Of a DNA stretch of 64,000 bases, positions 42,356 through 56,933 are shown piece by piece. Numbering within the stretch: the first letter of the stretch is position 1; each line of letters starts with the position of its first letter. Source of the stretch: Octopus sinensis. Lineage: Eukaryota. The DNA lies in the NCBI RefSeq assembly GCF_006345805.1, contig NC_043009.1:29140001-29204000 (forward strand), read 5' to 3'. The notes under the pieces were generated by a model. The model searched no databases, was not told the origin of the DNA, and saw nothing but the letters and a program-made list of their open reading frames with translations. A program made the position numbers and the translations under genes.

Positions 42356-42839
42356 TATGTCATTGTTCAGTTTTATTTCAAGATTTCTTGCCAATAGAGA
42401 AAGAGCCGGTTTCTAACCTAGATCCACGGCTCCTTCACTGGCATTCCAACATCAACAACAAGGTCTTTTTGTTTGTATGTGTATATATAAGTCCAGATTT
42501 GTATGTTTTGTTTTATATGTGTTTTCCCATGCATATACTCGCATATCAAGACATGCTCATATATATTTAAATGATAAAGTTCTGGAAAGATTTACAGATT
42601 TTTACAGTTCTAGTGATGGTTTGGATCTTCAAATCCGCTTTCTCATTTCTGGTTTTGAGATACCTAGTTTCTCAAGATTGTACTTAGGCAGTGTTACATA
42701 TCCCAGTGCCCCAATAATTACAGGTATAAACCAGAACTTGTAATCTGGATAGAGTAACTGCAAATTTCTCAACAGTTCAGTGGATTTCCTCAACAGTACA
42801 CAGTTTCTCTTCTCTATCCCAAATCACTATGTCAGGCCT
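42356..42839 (-). mobile_element. RLE-type (R4/Dong-like) LINE 3' end with (CATA)n tail, internally deleted
   Basis: Minus strand reads RPDIVIWDREEKLCTV...LLRNLQLLYPDYKFWFIPVIIGALGYV; ends GAACAATGACATACATAC. Confidence 0.75.
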
Positions 42840-42936
42840 ATTATACTTATATTTTGTTTTCACTGGAACATTCCACCAGCACTCCCTTTTTATTACATGT
42901 TGTTATGGCTTGTATGTATATATGTACGAATGTATG

Positions 42937-43164
42937 TACGAGGGGGTGTTGAAAAGTTCCAGGCTTTGGGTAAAAGAAAATACAAGAGGATCAGTTAATT
43001 ATGATTTTATTCAACACATTCCTCTCTCAGGGGAATTTTCATACACTTATTGAAGCACCCTTACAGTTTTACTAAGCCCTGTAAAAGAACTTAGTAGGTT
43101 GGGCCACCAACCAGGCCTTTCACAATACCCTTAAAACCAGGAACTTTCCAGTCACGCCCTTTTA
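42937..43164. mobile_element. Tc1/mariner-type MITE
   Basis: TA-CGAGGGGGTGTTGAAAAGTTCCAGGCTTT ... AAAACCAGGAACTTTCCAGTCACGCCCT..TA: imperfect TIRs in a TA context. Confidence 0.65.
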
Positions 43165-43431
43165 TGTATGCATGTAAGTATGCACGTGAGGGTACATGGT
43201 CTAGTGGTTATATTGTTGCACACATGATCACAAGAGTGTGGTTTTAGTTCCTAGATTGAGTGGTGCATCATGTTCTTGTGCAAAGCACTTAATCTCACAT
43301 TGCTTTACAATCTCTGCATCACCTGACATCTGGTACACCTGTTCAGGTAACATCAGTTTGATGGAGGGAGTGAGCTGGAAGGAGTACAGCACATGCATTT
43401 CATCACTATAAACAAAATATCCATCCATCTA

Positions 43432-44589
<1,158 letters not shown>

Positions 44590-45479
44590 CTATCTATCTA
44601 TCTATCTATCTATTTGTCTATCTATCCATCTGTCTGTCTATTCGTCTCTGCTGCCTGTCTGCCTGTGAATCTATATATCTATTTGTCTATGTATCTCGAG
44701 GTGGGGGGGGTATCTATCTAATTGACTCTACCTGTCTTATACATCCCTAATCCTAAACTGATGCCAAACCAAATTACTGAAACCCTTTCTTATTCTAATT
44801 TTATTTGACCCAATAATGTCACAGGCAACCAAACAATAATATTTTCCCAAGTTCAGGTGTCATCACAAAATGTTCTCCAACCTCCCACTTTATTCTATGT
44901 TCACTCTCTCTCTTCCTCATGTTCATTCTTCCTTTTCTTCTTCTTCTTCTTCTTCTTCTTCTTCTTTCCCACCACCTCCTCCTCTTCACCTTTGCTTCCG
45001 CTTCACCTCTGCCTCCGCTTCACCTCTGCCTCCTCTTCATCTCTGCCTCCTTCATCTCTGCCTCCTCTTCACCTCTGCCTCCGCTTCACCTCTGCCTCTG
45101 CTTCACTTCTGCCTCTCCTTCACCTCCCCCCCATATATCTATTAGATATATTCATTTCAGCAGTTTACCCATTTCTGAATTTACCCCCCCAATATGCAAC
45201 TGGTACTGAACAACACATTGGTGAAGAAAATGTGGGGATAGTTCATTGAGAATCGAACTCAAAACGAAATGTAAATAACAGTGACGACAGGTTCTGAATA
45301 TTCTGTCTGGCATTACATTGCTTTGGCACCTCTCTGTACCAATCCTCACCCTTCTACTCATCTGAATATTACACCTCCTACTAATGATTATCAATAAAAA
45401 ATCAATCATCGATTTCTCTTGTTAACTTATTGATAATTCAGAGGATGTTTTTTGCAAATATCAGTACTGTAAACACAGC

Positions 45480-46870
45480 ACTCACTCACGCATATGTACA
45501 CACATGCATCACACACATTTATATATATATACACGCATTCAAACATATACATACATGCACATGCATACACATACACACATATACTTGCGCACATATACAC
45601 ACTTGTAAATATACACACACATGCACATATACCTATGGATACACACGCACACACACATATACACACACATATATTCACACACATATGCACACATACAAAC
45701 ATACACATAAATTCATGCACACATATGCACACATAAAACATACTAATGTACACATACATATACACACATACACATATACACACATATGCACACATACAAG
45801 CATGCACACACATACACACATGCACATACATATACACATATACACACGCATTTACACACACATACATATATACAAACTTATGCATAAATACACACACATA
45901 CACATATATACACACATACAAGCATACACGTACATACACATATACACACATATTGTCACATGTGAAATATACACATACATATGAATACAAACACACATAC
46001 ATATACATAGATGCATATATGCACAACCATGCACACACACATATGAATGCATATATGCAAACACATTCATCACACACACATATACATACAGCCATATATG
46101 CACATGTCAACAAACAAACACATGAATCACATAAACATACGCATATTTATAGAGACATATACACATACATTAACAAGTGTCTATACACACACAAACACAC
46201 ACACACACAGACACACACAAAGAGGGGCTCTCACACATATGCAAACAGTCCTAAACGCTCACATGTCTTACACACTCATTTACAACATATAATCATACAG
46301 GGCTTTAGACACACACATGCGAGCAAGGAAACACACACATACATACACACATATGCACACTTATACATATACTAACAGTTACTGTACACACAGACACATA
46401 CATGCACACATATACACAGGGAGTATCATACACATTTACGTACACATGCATTTACGTACAGAGGCTCTTTTATCACAGATACACATGGACACACATACAT
46501 AAGCAAGCATATGGAAACACACACACATAAAACACACAAATAGCATATACACTCACACACAGTACATAATCATATAGTGTTATAGACACACATATACATG
46601 TATACACACAAAGCCTCACGTGGAGACCTATAAAACACCACACATGCGTAACGAAAACAACATCACACAATCATAATACATTAGACACACACACACACCT
46701 GTGCACACACACATAACAAGTGTATGCACACTTCATGTGAAGCATATGCATATAAGCATAAATGCATACATACACACACACATGTACACATGCAAGCACA
46801 TACACACACGTACACACACAGAGACTCACATGCACACACATACAAGCACACGCATCACACAAAATAAACA
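45480..46870. repeat. Cryptic CA/TA/CATG-rich low-complexity tract
   Basis: Degenerate alternating purine-pyrimidine sequence. Confidence 0.88.
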
Positions 46871-47349
46871 TATTCATAAAAACAATAGAATAAATATTTA
46901 ATATTTTTCCATTTGTGAAGGATCAAAGAATCAGCAAGTAATGGAAGGCAGAACCGATGATGAAACAGCAAACTGATGTAATGGTGGAGGTTGAGGTGTG
47001 GGTTGGTGGGTGGACGAGGTGTGGTGGTTGCGTGTGTACCTGTTAGTCGACTAAGTAAACTGTGGTAAAAACAAGGGGACTAGATTAAATCTAGGAGTTA
47101 GTTCCTTTAGAAAAAAAAGGTGTTTCTAAAGGAGAGAAGAAAACCTAGGGTCTAGGGACAAGGGTATCAGATCAAAGCTAAGGGTCAAGTTTCCATAGAA
47201 ACAAGGTTTCTAAGAGACAGAAGAAAATTTGGAATTTGGGATGAGAGGGGTTAGGAAACTGAGTCAAACCAGGGAGGTGGTTACAAAATTAAACCATTGG
47301 TAAACTGGGATTCGTAGCAAATGATAGAAATTACCATTATTAGTAGATT

Positions 47350-48480
47350 TAGGGTGGCAAACTGCAGAATCATGAACACACAAGACGAAATTCTTTGTGG
47401 CATTTTGTTTGTGTTTATGTTCTGGGTTCAAATTCTATTATGGTCGACTTTGCTTTTCATCTTTTCAAAACCAATAAAAAAAAGTACGAGTTGATCACTG
47501 GAGTTGATGTAATCCACAAATCTCACTTCACCAAAATCTCAGGATTTGTGTCTATAGTTGTTGTTGTTGTTTGCTCCTTCTTGGGCCATGCCTGGCTCAT
47601 AGGAGCCAGTGTTCTGAGTTCAAATTCTGCTGAGGTCAACTTTGCCTTTCATCTTTACGAGGTCAATAAATTAAATACCTGTTACACACTGGGGTCGATG
47701 TAATTGATTATCCCCCTCCCCCAAATTTCAGGCCTTGTGCCTATGGTAGAAAGGATTATTGGATTTAAGAAGGCAGCAAGCTGGCAGAGTCGTTAGCATG
47801 TTGGATGAAATGTTTACCGGTATTTCACTCATCGCTACATTCTCAGTTCAAATTCCACCGAGGTCGACTTTGCCTTTCATCCTTTTGGAGATCGATAAAT
47901 TAAGTACCAGTTGAGTACGGGGGTCGACATAAACGACTTACTCCTCCCCAAAATTTCATATCTTGTGCCTATAGTACAATGGATTACTATTATTAGATTT
48001 AAGACTGCAAGATGGTTAAATCATTTGATGCCAGACAAAGTCTGCCTTTACATTCTAGGTTCAAATTCTGCAGGGGTTGACTTTATCTTTCATCTTTCTG
48101 AGGTTGAAAAAAATAAGTACCAGTTGAGTATTGGGGTCAATGTAGGCAATGTTTGAAACCATTATTATCTTTAGCTTGTCAGACGAAATGCTTTGTGGCA
48201 TTTCTTGCAGTTCTTAATATTTTGAGTTCAATTCCTGCAGGGATTAACTTTGCCTTTCTTCCTCATGGATGGTGGAGTGGGGGTGAATAGAATAAATATC
48301 AGTCAAACGCTGGGGGTCGATATAATCAACTTGCCCCTCCTTTCGAAACTGCTGGCTTTGTGCTAGAATTAGAAAGAATTCTTACTTGGTTCAGACAAAA
48401 ATGCATTGTCAGGTTTCTCTTGGCTCTTAATATTCTGAGTTCAAAACCATGCTGGTGCCAATTTTGCATTCCATCTTTCC
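47350..48480 (+). mobile_element. Cluster of ~6 same-orientation SINE A copies and fragments
   Basis: Repeated TTCTGAGTTCAAATTC...GGTCGACTTTGCCTTTCATC...GGGGTCGA blocks. Confidence 0.8.
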
Positions 48481-48847
48481 CTCCTCCTCCTCCTCCTCAT
48501 CATCATCATCATCATCATCACCCTCTCTCCCCCTCTCTCGGACTCTCTAACCATGCCAGCATAGAAAATGAACATTAAATGATGAGGATGATGATGATAT
48601 ATATGAAGGCATATTCATATATCATCGCCATCATTATCATCACCGTCATCATCATCATCATCTTCTTCGTTGTTGTCATCATTTAACATCCAATCTATGC
48701 CAGCGTAGGTTGGATACTTCGACAGGATTTGACAAATGTCAACAGAATGTATTTTACATGGCACTTAACTGGTTAAACAATCTTGCAATTTTTAAGATTA
48801 AAGGGCCTGAAAGGGGTCCTTTTCTATCTGTCTGTCTGTCTGCCTGT

Positions 48848-48878
<31 letters not shown>

Positions 48879-49504
48879 ATCATTATCATCATCATTACTT
48901 AGCGTCTGCTTTCCATGCTGGCATGGGTTGGATGGTTTGACAAGAATCTGGTAAGATGGAGGGCTGCACCAGATTCCAATCTGATTTGGTTTGGTTTCTA
49001 CGGCTGGATGCTCTTCCTGATGCCCACTACTTTACAGAGCATGCTGGGTGCTTTTATGTGGCCCACATGACTGCTTTTATGTGGCACCACATAGGCACTT
49101 TTACATAGCACCTCATGGGTGCTTTTACTTGGCATAGCAAGGGCACTTTCATGTGGCACTGCTCAGGTGCTTTTATGTAGCAGCACACAGGTACTTTTAT
49201 CTATCTATTCATGTATGTATGTATGTATGTATCTAGCTATCTTTCTGTCTGTCTGTCTGTCTGTCAATCTGTCTGTCTAATTTGTTTCAGAAATGGTAAA
49301 TCCCAAAGCAGTTTGGCTTAAAAAACCTTTGGATGACCTGATATTTACATGCTGCTATTTATACCTTTATCTGCTTTGAGATTCACAGTTCCAACAAAGA
49401 ATTATTTCACGTTCTCTCAAAGTTTCTTAATCCTTAAGATCTCTCTCACTCTCTCTCTCTCTCTGTCTCTCTCTCCTTAAGAATATATATATGTATATAT
49501 ATTT

Positions 49505-49893
49505 TGAGGAAACCTTGGATGGAGTTGACCCAGGAAGACATGGGATGAGGTGATAAAGCATGATCTTCAAATGCTGGGCCCCACAGAGGCAAATATATAT
49601 TACCAAGACCTTTGGTGATTTTCCTTGCTTGAGAAATCCCCTCAAGCCAAGTGAAATCATGGTCATGGTCAGTGTTGATGTCATGGAAATGGCACTCGTG
49701 CCAGTGGCACATAAAAAGCAACTGTTACTCTTGGAGTGGTTGGTGTCAGGAAGGGCATCCAGCTGTAGAAACCAAACCAAATCAGTTTGGAATCTGGTGC
49801 AGCCCTCCATCTTACCAGCTTCTGTCAAGTCATCCAACCCATGCCAGCATGGAAATCAGACGTTAAGCAATGATGATGATGATGATGATGATG
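49505..49893 (+). mobile_element. RTE-clade LINE 3' end plus 3' UTR with (GAT)n tail
   Basis: PRKTWDEVIKHDLQMLG, then the shared UTR AGGAAGGGCATCCAGCTGTAGAAAC...CCAACCCATGCCAGCATGGAA, then (GAT)n. Confidence 0.75.
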
Positions 49894-50051
49894 ATATATA
49901 TATATACAAACACTCTTCTTTTGATAGTTCCTTTCCTCACTTTCATTTCCCCCTGTATTATATACTCCTCCTCCTCCTCATCCTCATCATGCCCTTCTCC
50001 TTCCTCCTCTTTCCCCTCCCCTCCCTCCTCCTTCCCCTTCTCCTCCTCTTC

Positions 50052-50087
<36 letters not shown>

Positions 50088-50354
50088 TGTTATCTTCCCA
50101 CATTCTTTTCCCTTCTCTATTAGTATTTCCCCTTTACTTCATTTTCTACCTCTCACTCCTCCCCTTCTTTTTTTAGCTGCTCTCCCTCTCCCTCTCCTTC
50201 TACACTGCCTGTATCTTCTTTACATCTCTCCTTCATTCTCTCTGCTTTTCTTTCCCCTCTCTTTCACAATATCACTCCTCCTCCCACTTCTCTCCCTGCT
50301 ACTCCTTTCTACTTCATCTTTTTCTCTCTCTCTCTCTTCCTTTTCACTCATTTT

Positions 50355-52210
50355 CTCACACATACACTCCCACTGCCATACACATGCACATACACACCAC
50401 ACGCACATACTCATACACACGCATGCACTCACACACATACTGATGCACAAACGAACATGCAACACACACACATAAACATAAACATAAACATACGCATTCA
50501 CAAACACATGAACATAAATACACACATAAACACATGCACACAGACACATGCACTTATATGCACATTCGTGCAGACCTACCCACCTATTTGCACATAGATG
50601 CATATATATATACATATAACCACATGCATGCTTCGATACACACACACATACATACACATATACATACACAAACAAACACACACACATCCATGCAAATACT
50701 CTTAGATGCAAACATGCACTCACAAACGCACACACTTTCATATATACCCACATAGCATAGACATATTCTTATATACACAAAGCCATGCATGCAACCTTTT
50801 ACATATGCACACCCATGCAAATTTTAATTGCACGCATACACATCTGTATGTGCACACTTACATATATACACATGTATACACACTGTCACAAAAACATGCA
50901 TGTTTACATACACAATAAACACATTTCTACATATACATATATACACTTACTTTTACACACACACACACACATATATATATACATAGATACATGCAAATAT
51001 AATTTTGAAAATGCACATGCTTATGCACAAGCTGTCTTATATACACATGCATGTATACACTTAGTCATACATGCATGTCCACACATACATACAGGCACGA
51101 TCATACACATGCACACACACACACAACATTATTTATACATACACCAATCGTACATGCAGCTTTACAGATATGCACACACATGCAAATGTAATTTCGCATA
51201 TGTGCATACTTATGCAAATATTCGCACATATACATATGCATACATACACTTTTACACATACATGTTCATTCACATACACACACAACAAGCACATTCTTAT
51301 ACACTCACACACACATATTCATGCATTCATGCACTTTCATACACACAAGCCTGCATGTACCGCTTTACATAAGTGCATATATGCACATGCTTGTACTCAT
51401 GGCAACACACACACATATGTACATGCACTGTCACACATACATATACACACATACTTGCACATACATGCACACAATAAACACATTCTCATATACACACACT
51501 CACTCATACATACACTTTCATATACACACACACCTGTATGTACCCACATGCATATACTTAAACACATGCCAAAACATACACACATGCATATGCATGCTGT
51601 CACACATACATGCACATTTGCATACACATACACACACATACACCCATACACATACACACACTTTCATACACATACCTGCATGTACCCCTTTACATAAGTA
51701 CACATATGCGTATACTTAAACACATGCCAGCACATATACACATGCATACGCATGCTGTCACACATAGATGCACATATGCATACACACACATATACCCATA
51801 CACATACACACACACTTTCATAATATGCTCACACATACACACACACTTTCATAATATGCTCACACATACACACACACCTGCATGTATCCCTTCACAAAAA
51901 CACACATATGCATACACTTGAATACATGCCAGCACATACACACATGCATATGCATGCTGTCACACATAGACGCACATTTGCATACGCACACATATATCCA
52001 TACAATACACACACTCTTTCATAATATGCTCACGCATACACACACACCTGCATGTATCCCTTCACATAAGTACACATATGCGTATGCTTAAACACATGCC
52101 AACACATACACACATGCATATGCATGATGCCACACATACACACTTGCATACACACACGCACATGCACCCATACACACACATATGCACGTGCATGCACACA
52201 TGCACTCACA
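50355..52210. repeat. Cryptic CA/TA-rich tract with ~170-200-bp higher-order duplications in 51500-52140
   Basis: CACCTGCATGTA.CCCTT...CTTAAACACATGCCA recurs four times. Confidence 0.88.
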
Positions 52211-52934
52211 GTGACATATGAAGCAAGTGCTATCACTTAACCTTTTCATGGGAAAATCTTTTGTCTAAATCAATTAGCAGGCCATTAATTTTTAATCAGT
52301 TAAACAATTAACACATGGGCAAGTTATTTTTGTCAATAAAGATTCAGAAAATAAAAAATTAATTGAAGGACCCTCAATACACCAATTAATAAAATCAATA
52401 AAACACAAACAAACACATCGTTTCTACAACTAACTTTACAATAAACAACGCTGCACTTCTTCAAAATCCATCGGAAATATTCTATTTTTTTCATTTGACT
52501 CAAGTTATCAATGCTTCTTGGAAATTGAAGGAATAATTTTTACCGAAATGGTATCAGGATAGCATTTATTTTGGGTAATTCCTTAAGGAGAAAAATAGAG
52601 AATACCACCCACCGTGTACATGCGCTTCCATCATCTCCTCGAAATACTCAAACAAAGAAATATTCATTTGTTATTTTTGGTTTATTTCAGTTTTTGTTTG
52701 GATTGTTTTTGTTTTGTTTGGTCTTATATTATCTTTTTGTTTTTTGCTTTTTTTTGTTTTTTTTTTGTTTCTGTTTTTCTTTCTGCAATTGGTGATGGAA
52801 ATTAATATTGTTTTAATGACCAATGTGAGAAATCTTAATTCACAGAAATGATTCTGACTAAAGAAAATATTCTATTAGAAACATTTGGGTTGTTTTTCTG
52901 TTTTTTTTTTTTCAGGAACTGTCACTGCTGCCAG

Positions 52935-53275
52935 CACCACCACCACGACGACCACCACCACCACCACCACTACTACCACCAGTACCATCAACACCACCAT
53001 CAACAACACCACCACTACCACCACCACTACCACCACCATCACCACTACTACCACCAGTACCATCAACACCACCATCAACAACACCACCACTACCACCACC
53101 ACTACCACCACCATCACCACTACTACCACCAGTACCATCAACACCACCATCAACAACACCACCACTACCACCACCACTACCACCACCATCACCACTACTA
53201 CCACCAGTACCATCAACACCACCATCAACAACACCACCACTACCACCACCACTACCACCACCATCACCACCATTA
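52935..53275. repeat. 75-bp minisatellite built from (ACC)n, ~4 copies
   Basis: CCAGTACCATCAACACCACCATCAACAAC repeats every 75 bp. Confidence 0.92.
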
Positions 53276-53448
53276 TTGTTATCACCTCTACATGCACCAC
53301 TGCCTCTGCAATTGCTGCTAGAGTTACTTCTACAGCAACAACAACAACAACTACTACTACTACTACTAGTGCTGCTGCTGCTACTGTTGCCATTCTTTTT
53401 TCCTCTTCTATAACATTGTTGCTACTACTACTACTACAACTACTACTG

Positions 53449-53479
<31 letters not shown>

Positions 53480-53686
53480 AGCCACCACTGCCACCGCTGC
53501 TGCTGTTGGTACTACCCTCTTCTTCCTTGTTATTCTTCTTCGTCTTCTTCTTCTTCTTCTTCTTCTTCTTCTACCACTACTACAACTACAGCCACCACTA
53601 CTGCTGCTGCTGTTGGTACTATCCCCTCTTCCCCTCTTTTTTCTTCTTCTTCTTCTTCTTCTTCTTCTTCTTCTTCTCTTCTACTA

Positions 53687-53731
<45 letters not shown>

Positions 53732-55072
53732 CTACTGCTACTGCTACTGCTGGTTCAAGTGCTCTTGATTCTATGTAATATATTTACATTACAGTCTACT
53801 GACCCTTCATGTCAAGATTTCGTATTATGTTATATAATGCATGGCAAAAGGTTCATATTTTCCCCCATTAGATGCATAGTCACCTGAATAGACGGTGTAG
53901 TACAAGTATGTCCAAATGTAGAAGTCGGAGTCATCTTAAGTTGATTATATGAAGTTTATTCCAGCGTAACACCAACTCACTGTTAGCTGTTCAGATCTCA
54001 TATTCATGTAATATATTATTTAAAATTGCTAATAAATAGTTGCCATATATAATCAATGCAACCTAATGAGTAGGTGTTGAGTATTAAACCTTCATCTTAA
54101 TTAGATTTTTGATAAAATATTCATCTATAATTAAGCTGTTTATATATATATTGATATTATATATCAAAACATTATTTTACTGGAAATTTGTGAATTAGTT
54201 GATTTATTAGCTCATTAAATAAAATACCTTGTCTTGCCCAATTATTGCAGAGTAATTTAATTTAATACTGTATTGAATCATTTAATTTTTATTTCCTTAT
54301 ATCTATGTTCAAATCCCACTGGAGTAATATTTATAGATGTGGAGGTGCGTGGCTTAGTGATCAGGGAGTCAGACTCATGATTGTAAGATCATGGTTTCGA
54401 TTCTAGGACTGGGCAATGCATTGTGTTCTTGAGCGAAACACTTCACTTTATGTTGCTCTCGTCCACTCAGCTGGCAAAAGTGAGTTAATCCTGTGAAGGA
54501 CTAGCGTCTCATCCAGGTGAGGAATATATAGGCCATGAAGCCAGGAACCTGTGCTTATGAGTCGTTATGACTCAAAAAGGTAATTTTACCTTTACTTTTT
54601 TGATATCTACTGATTTGATGTAATCCGTATGTCTTATTCTAAGTTTGGCGACAGTAAACTACATTACTGACATCCGAGCATAGATGTATTCACATGCGCA
54701 TATACTCAGATGCATAAATATATGTGTGTGAAGTATGTATACATGAATACATACATTCATACATGCATACATACATTCATACATACATGCATACATACAT
54801 TCATACATGCATACATGCATATATACATACATGCATACATACATTCATACATACATGCATACATACATTCATACAGACATTCATACATACATGCATACAT
54901 ACATACATGCATATATATATTCATACAGACATTCATACATACATACATACATACATACATACATAAATACATTCATACACACATTCATACATTCATACAT
55001 ATATACATGCATGCATACATATATGCATACATACATGTATACATACATAATACATGCATACATACAGACACG

Positions 55073-55109
<37 letters not shown>

Positions 55110-55111
<2 letters not shown>

Positions 55112-55570
55112 CAGTATCCCAGTATTACAGTATTGACCAGACCATCAGATGCTGTCGTACACTACTGGTCACAATGTGCTTCCAATTTTGTCTTGATTGT
55201 ACCATTCTTTTCCATCTTGACTGAAATTGCTTAACTAAATCATCTTCCCATCATCGTGGAGGCCTTCTAAGTAGCATTTTCCAAATTCTTGGATACGACT
55301 TGGCAACTGCACAAGTCCACCTCTGTTGCCTGTGAAGCTATGTGACATGCTGAGCCCAGTGGAATTTGTACCTTCAGTATTCTGCAACCAGACCATTCAC
55401 TCCATTCCATTCTTGAATTAACCTCTTTCAATTATGCTCTCGGAATGATATTTCTAGCATAGTTGTTTGCATCATGGCCAATCAATGTTCTATCCTCTTC
55501 GTAACAGTCCACATCTCACCTGCATATAAGAGTGAAGGTGGGATGGTGTTAGTAAAGAGTCTGGCATGTA
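55110..55570 (-). mobile_element. Degenerate RTE-clade LINE 3' end
   Basis: Minus strand reads HWAQHV...RWTCAVAKSYPR...RRPPR*WEDDL (WxGHV / GRPxxRWxD pattern); ATACTG-repeat tail. Confidence 0.7.
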
Positions 55571-55681
55571 ATTGCATAGTGGAATAAAATTTGGGTAAAA
55601 CCCTTGAAGTATACAATACAAAGCCTGTCCATTATTGGCTACCAGATGTCATCATATCTTGTTACTGGATATATATCAAGA

Positions 55682-56075
55682 GAATCTGTTCACTTTGGCT
55701 CACAGATTTTTAAAGTAATTTTTTTAACTAAACAGTTGAAACTTCTTATATTGGTGTAATATCTCATGCAGAACATGGTTTATTTTGAACATTTTTAACA
55801 AAATTTTGCATTTTAGAAGTTATTTCATGTTACAGTTGTCATATTTGGGTAATTTTAACCAATCAACGATGTGTATTCAGTTGAAGAAAGCTACTGCTGT
55901 TTGCAATGGTAATCAAAGAGGAACAACTTCTGGGTCATCACTACTATATGTCACCACTTTGTTCTATTTTTTGTTTTGTTTACTGCTTGTGTTGTATATT
56001 ACATGCTTTTTTTTACAAACTGTTTAGTTAAAAAAAAATTAATTAAAAAATCTCTGGGTCAAACTGAACTGATCC
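55682..56075. mobile_element. MITE with ~55-bp imperfect TIRs, related to the 38377 element
   Basis: GAATCTGTTCACTTTGG...TTTTTAACTAAACAGTT versus AACTGTTTAGTTAAAAA...CAAACTGAACTGATCC; flanks TATCAAGA / CAGCAAGA. Confidence 0.7.
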
Positions 56076-56902
56076 CAGCAAGAATTTCATAGTGTCTGTT
56101 GAATTTGTATAAAAAAAAAACTGAATAAAAGAAAATGAATTGAACAACATTATTTATTTCAAATCACTACAAAGCCCATCTACAGTTATTGGCTACCAGA
56201 TGTCATCATATTTTGTCACTGGGTATACATCAAGAGTTTCATAGTATCTATAGAGTTTTTATAAAAAAAAACAATAAGAGAAATGATTTCAAATCATTAC
56301 AATTGTTTCCACAGATCTTTACACATGTAGCACATTGATGGTATAATTAACATATTGTGTAACCACTATCATCCATGAAAGATGTAAAATGTTTTCCCCT
56401 GGAAACAGTTCCACAACCATTGTGTTTGTTATTGCTCTGATATTGTTAACTCATATTTTTCAATACAGTTGAAGGAATTTGTTCCTAATCTGAGTTATTG
56501 TCACTGTAAATACCAAATTTGGAATAAAAAACAAAATGTCTGTGGTGTATTTGAACCCATAAACTGCATCTTGGTAGTATAAATACTTTATCTTGCCTGT
56601 GTTTTTTTACTCCTTCTCCATAACTAATTCTGTTTAGCAAGAAGCCAATTCTTCATAAAAAAGAAATTTACTTGTTGTGCAATCTGACTGATTAAATTTA
56701 GGCGCATTCTTTACAAAGGAGAGACTCGAATATATTTGCAGTGTTTATCTTAAGTGAGTTAAGACAGAGCAGATGGGAAGGGAAGGATATAAAGATGGGT
56801 GGAGAAAGCGGAAATGAGAGAGAGGGGGGAGGAGGAAGGGGTAAGACGAATTAGGGGGAGAAAGAGTAGTTGATGAAACAGAACCAGAAATAATATGCAT
56901 AT

Positions 56903-56933
<31 letters not shown>

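Noticed and set aside
49025-49200. CRISPR-like short repeats GGTGCTTTTATGTGGC
   Set aside because: These are degenerate ~20-bp tandem units inside a retroposon, with no unique spacers or cas genes, in a eukaryotic context.
52848-53778. His-rich or mucin-like Thr-rich ORFs
   Set aside because: They come from an (ACC)n-derived 75-bp minisatellite, open in several frames and on both strands.
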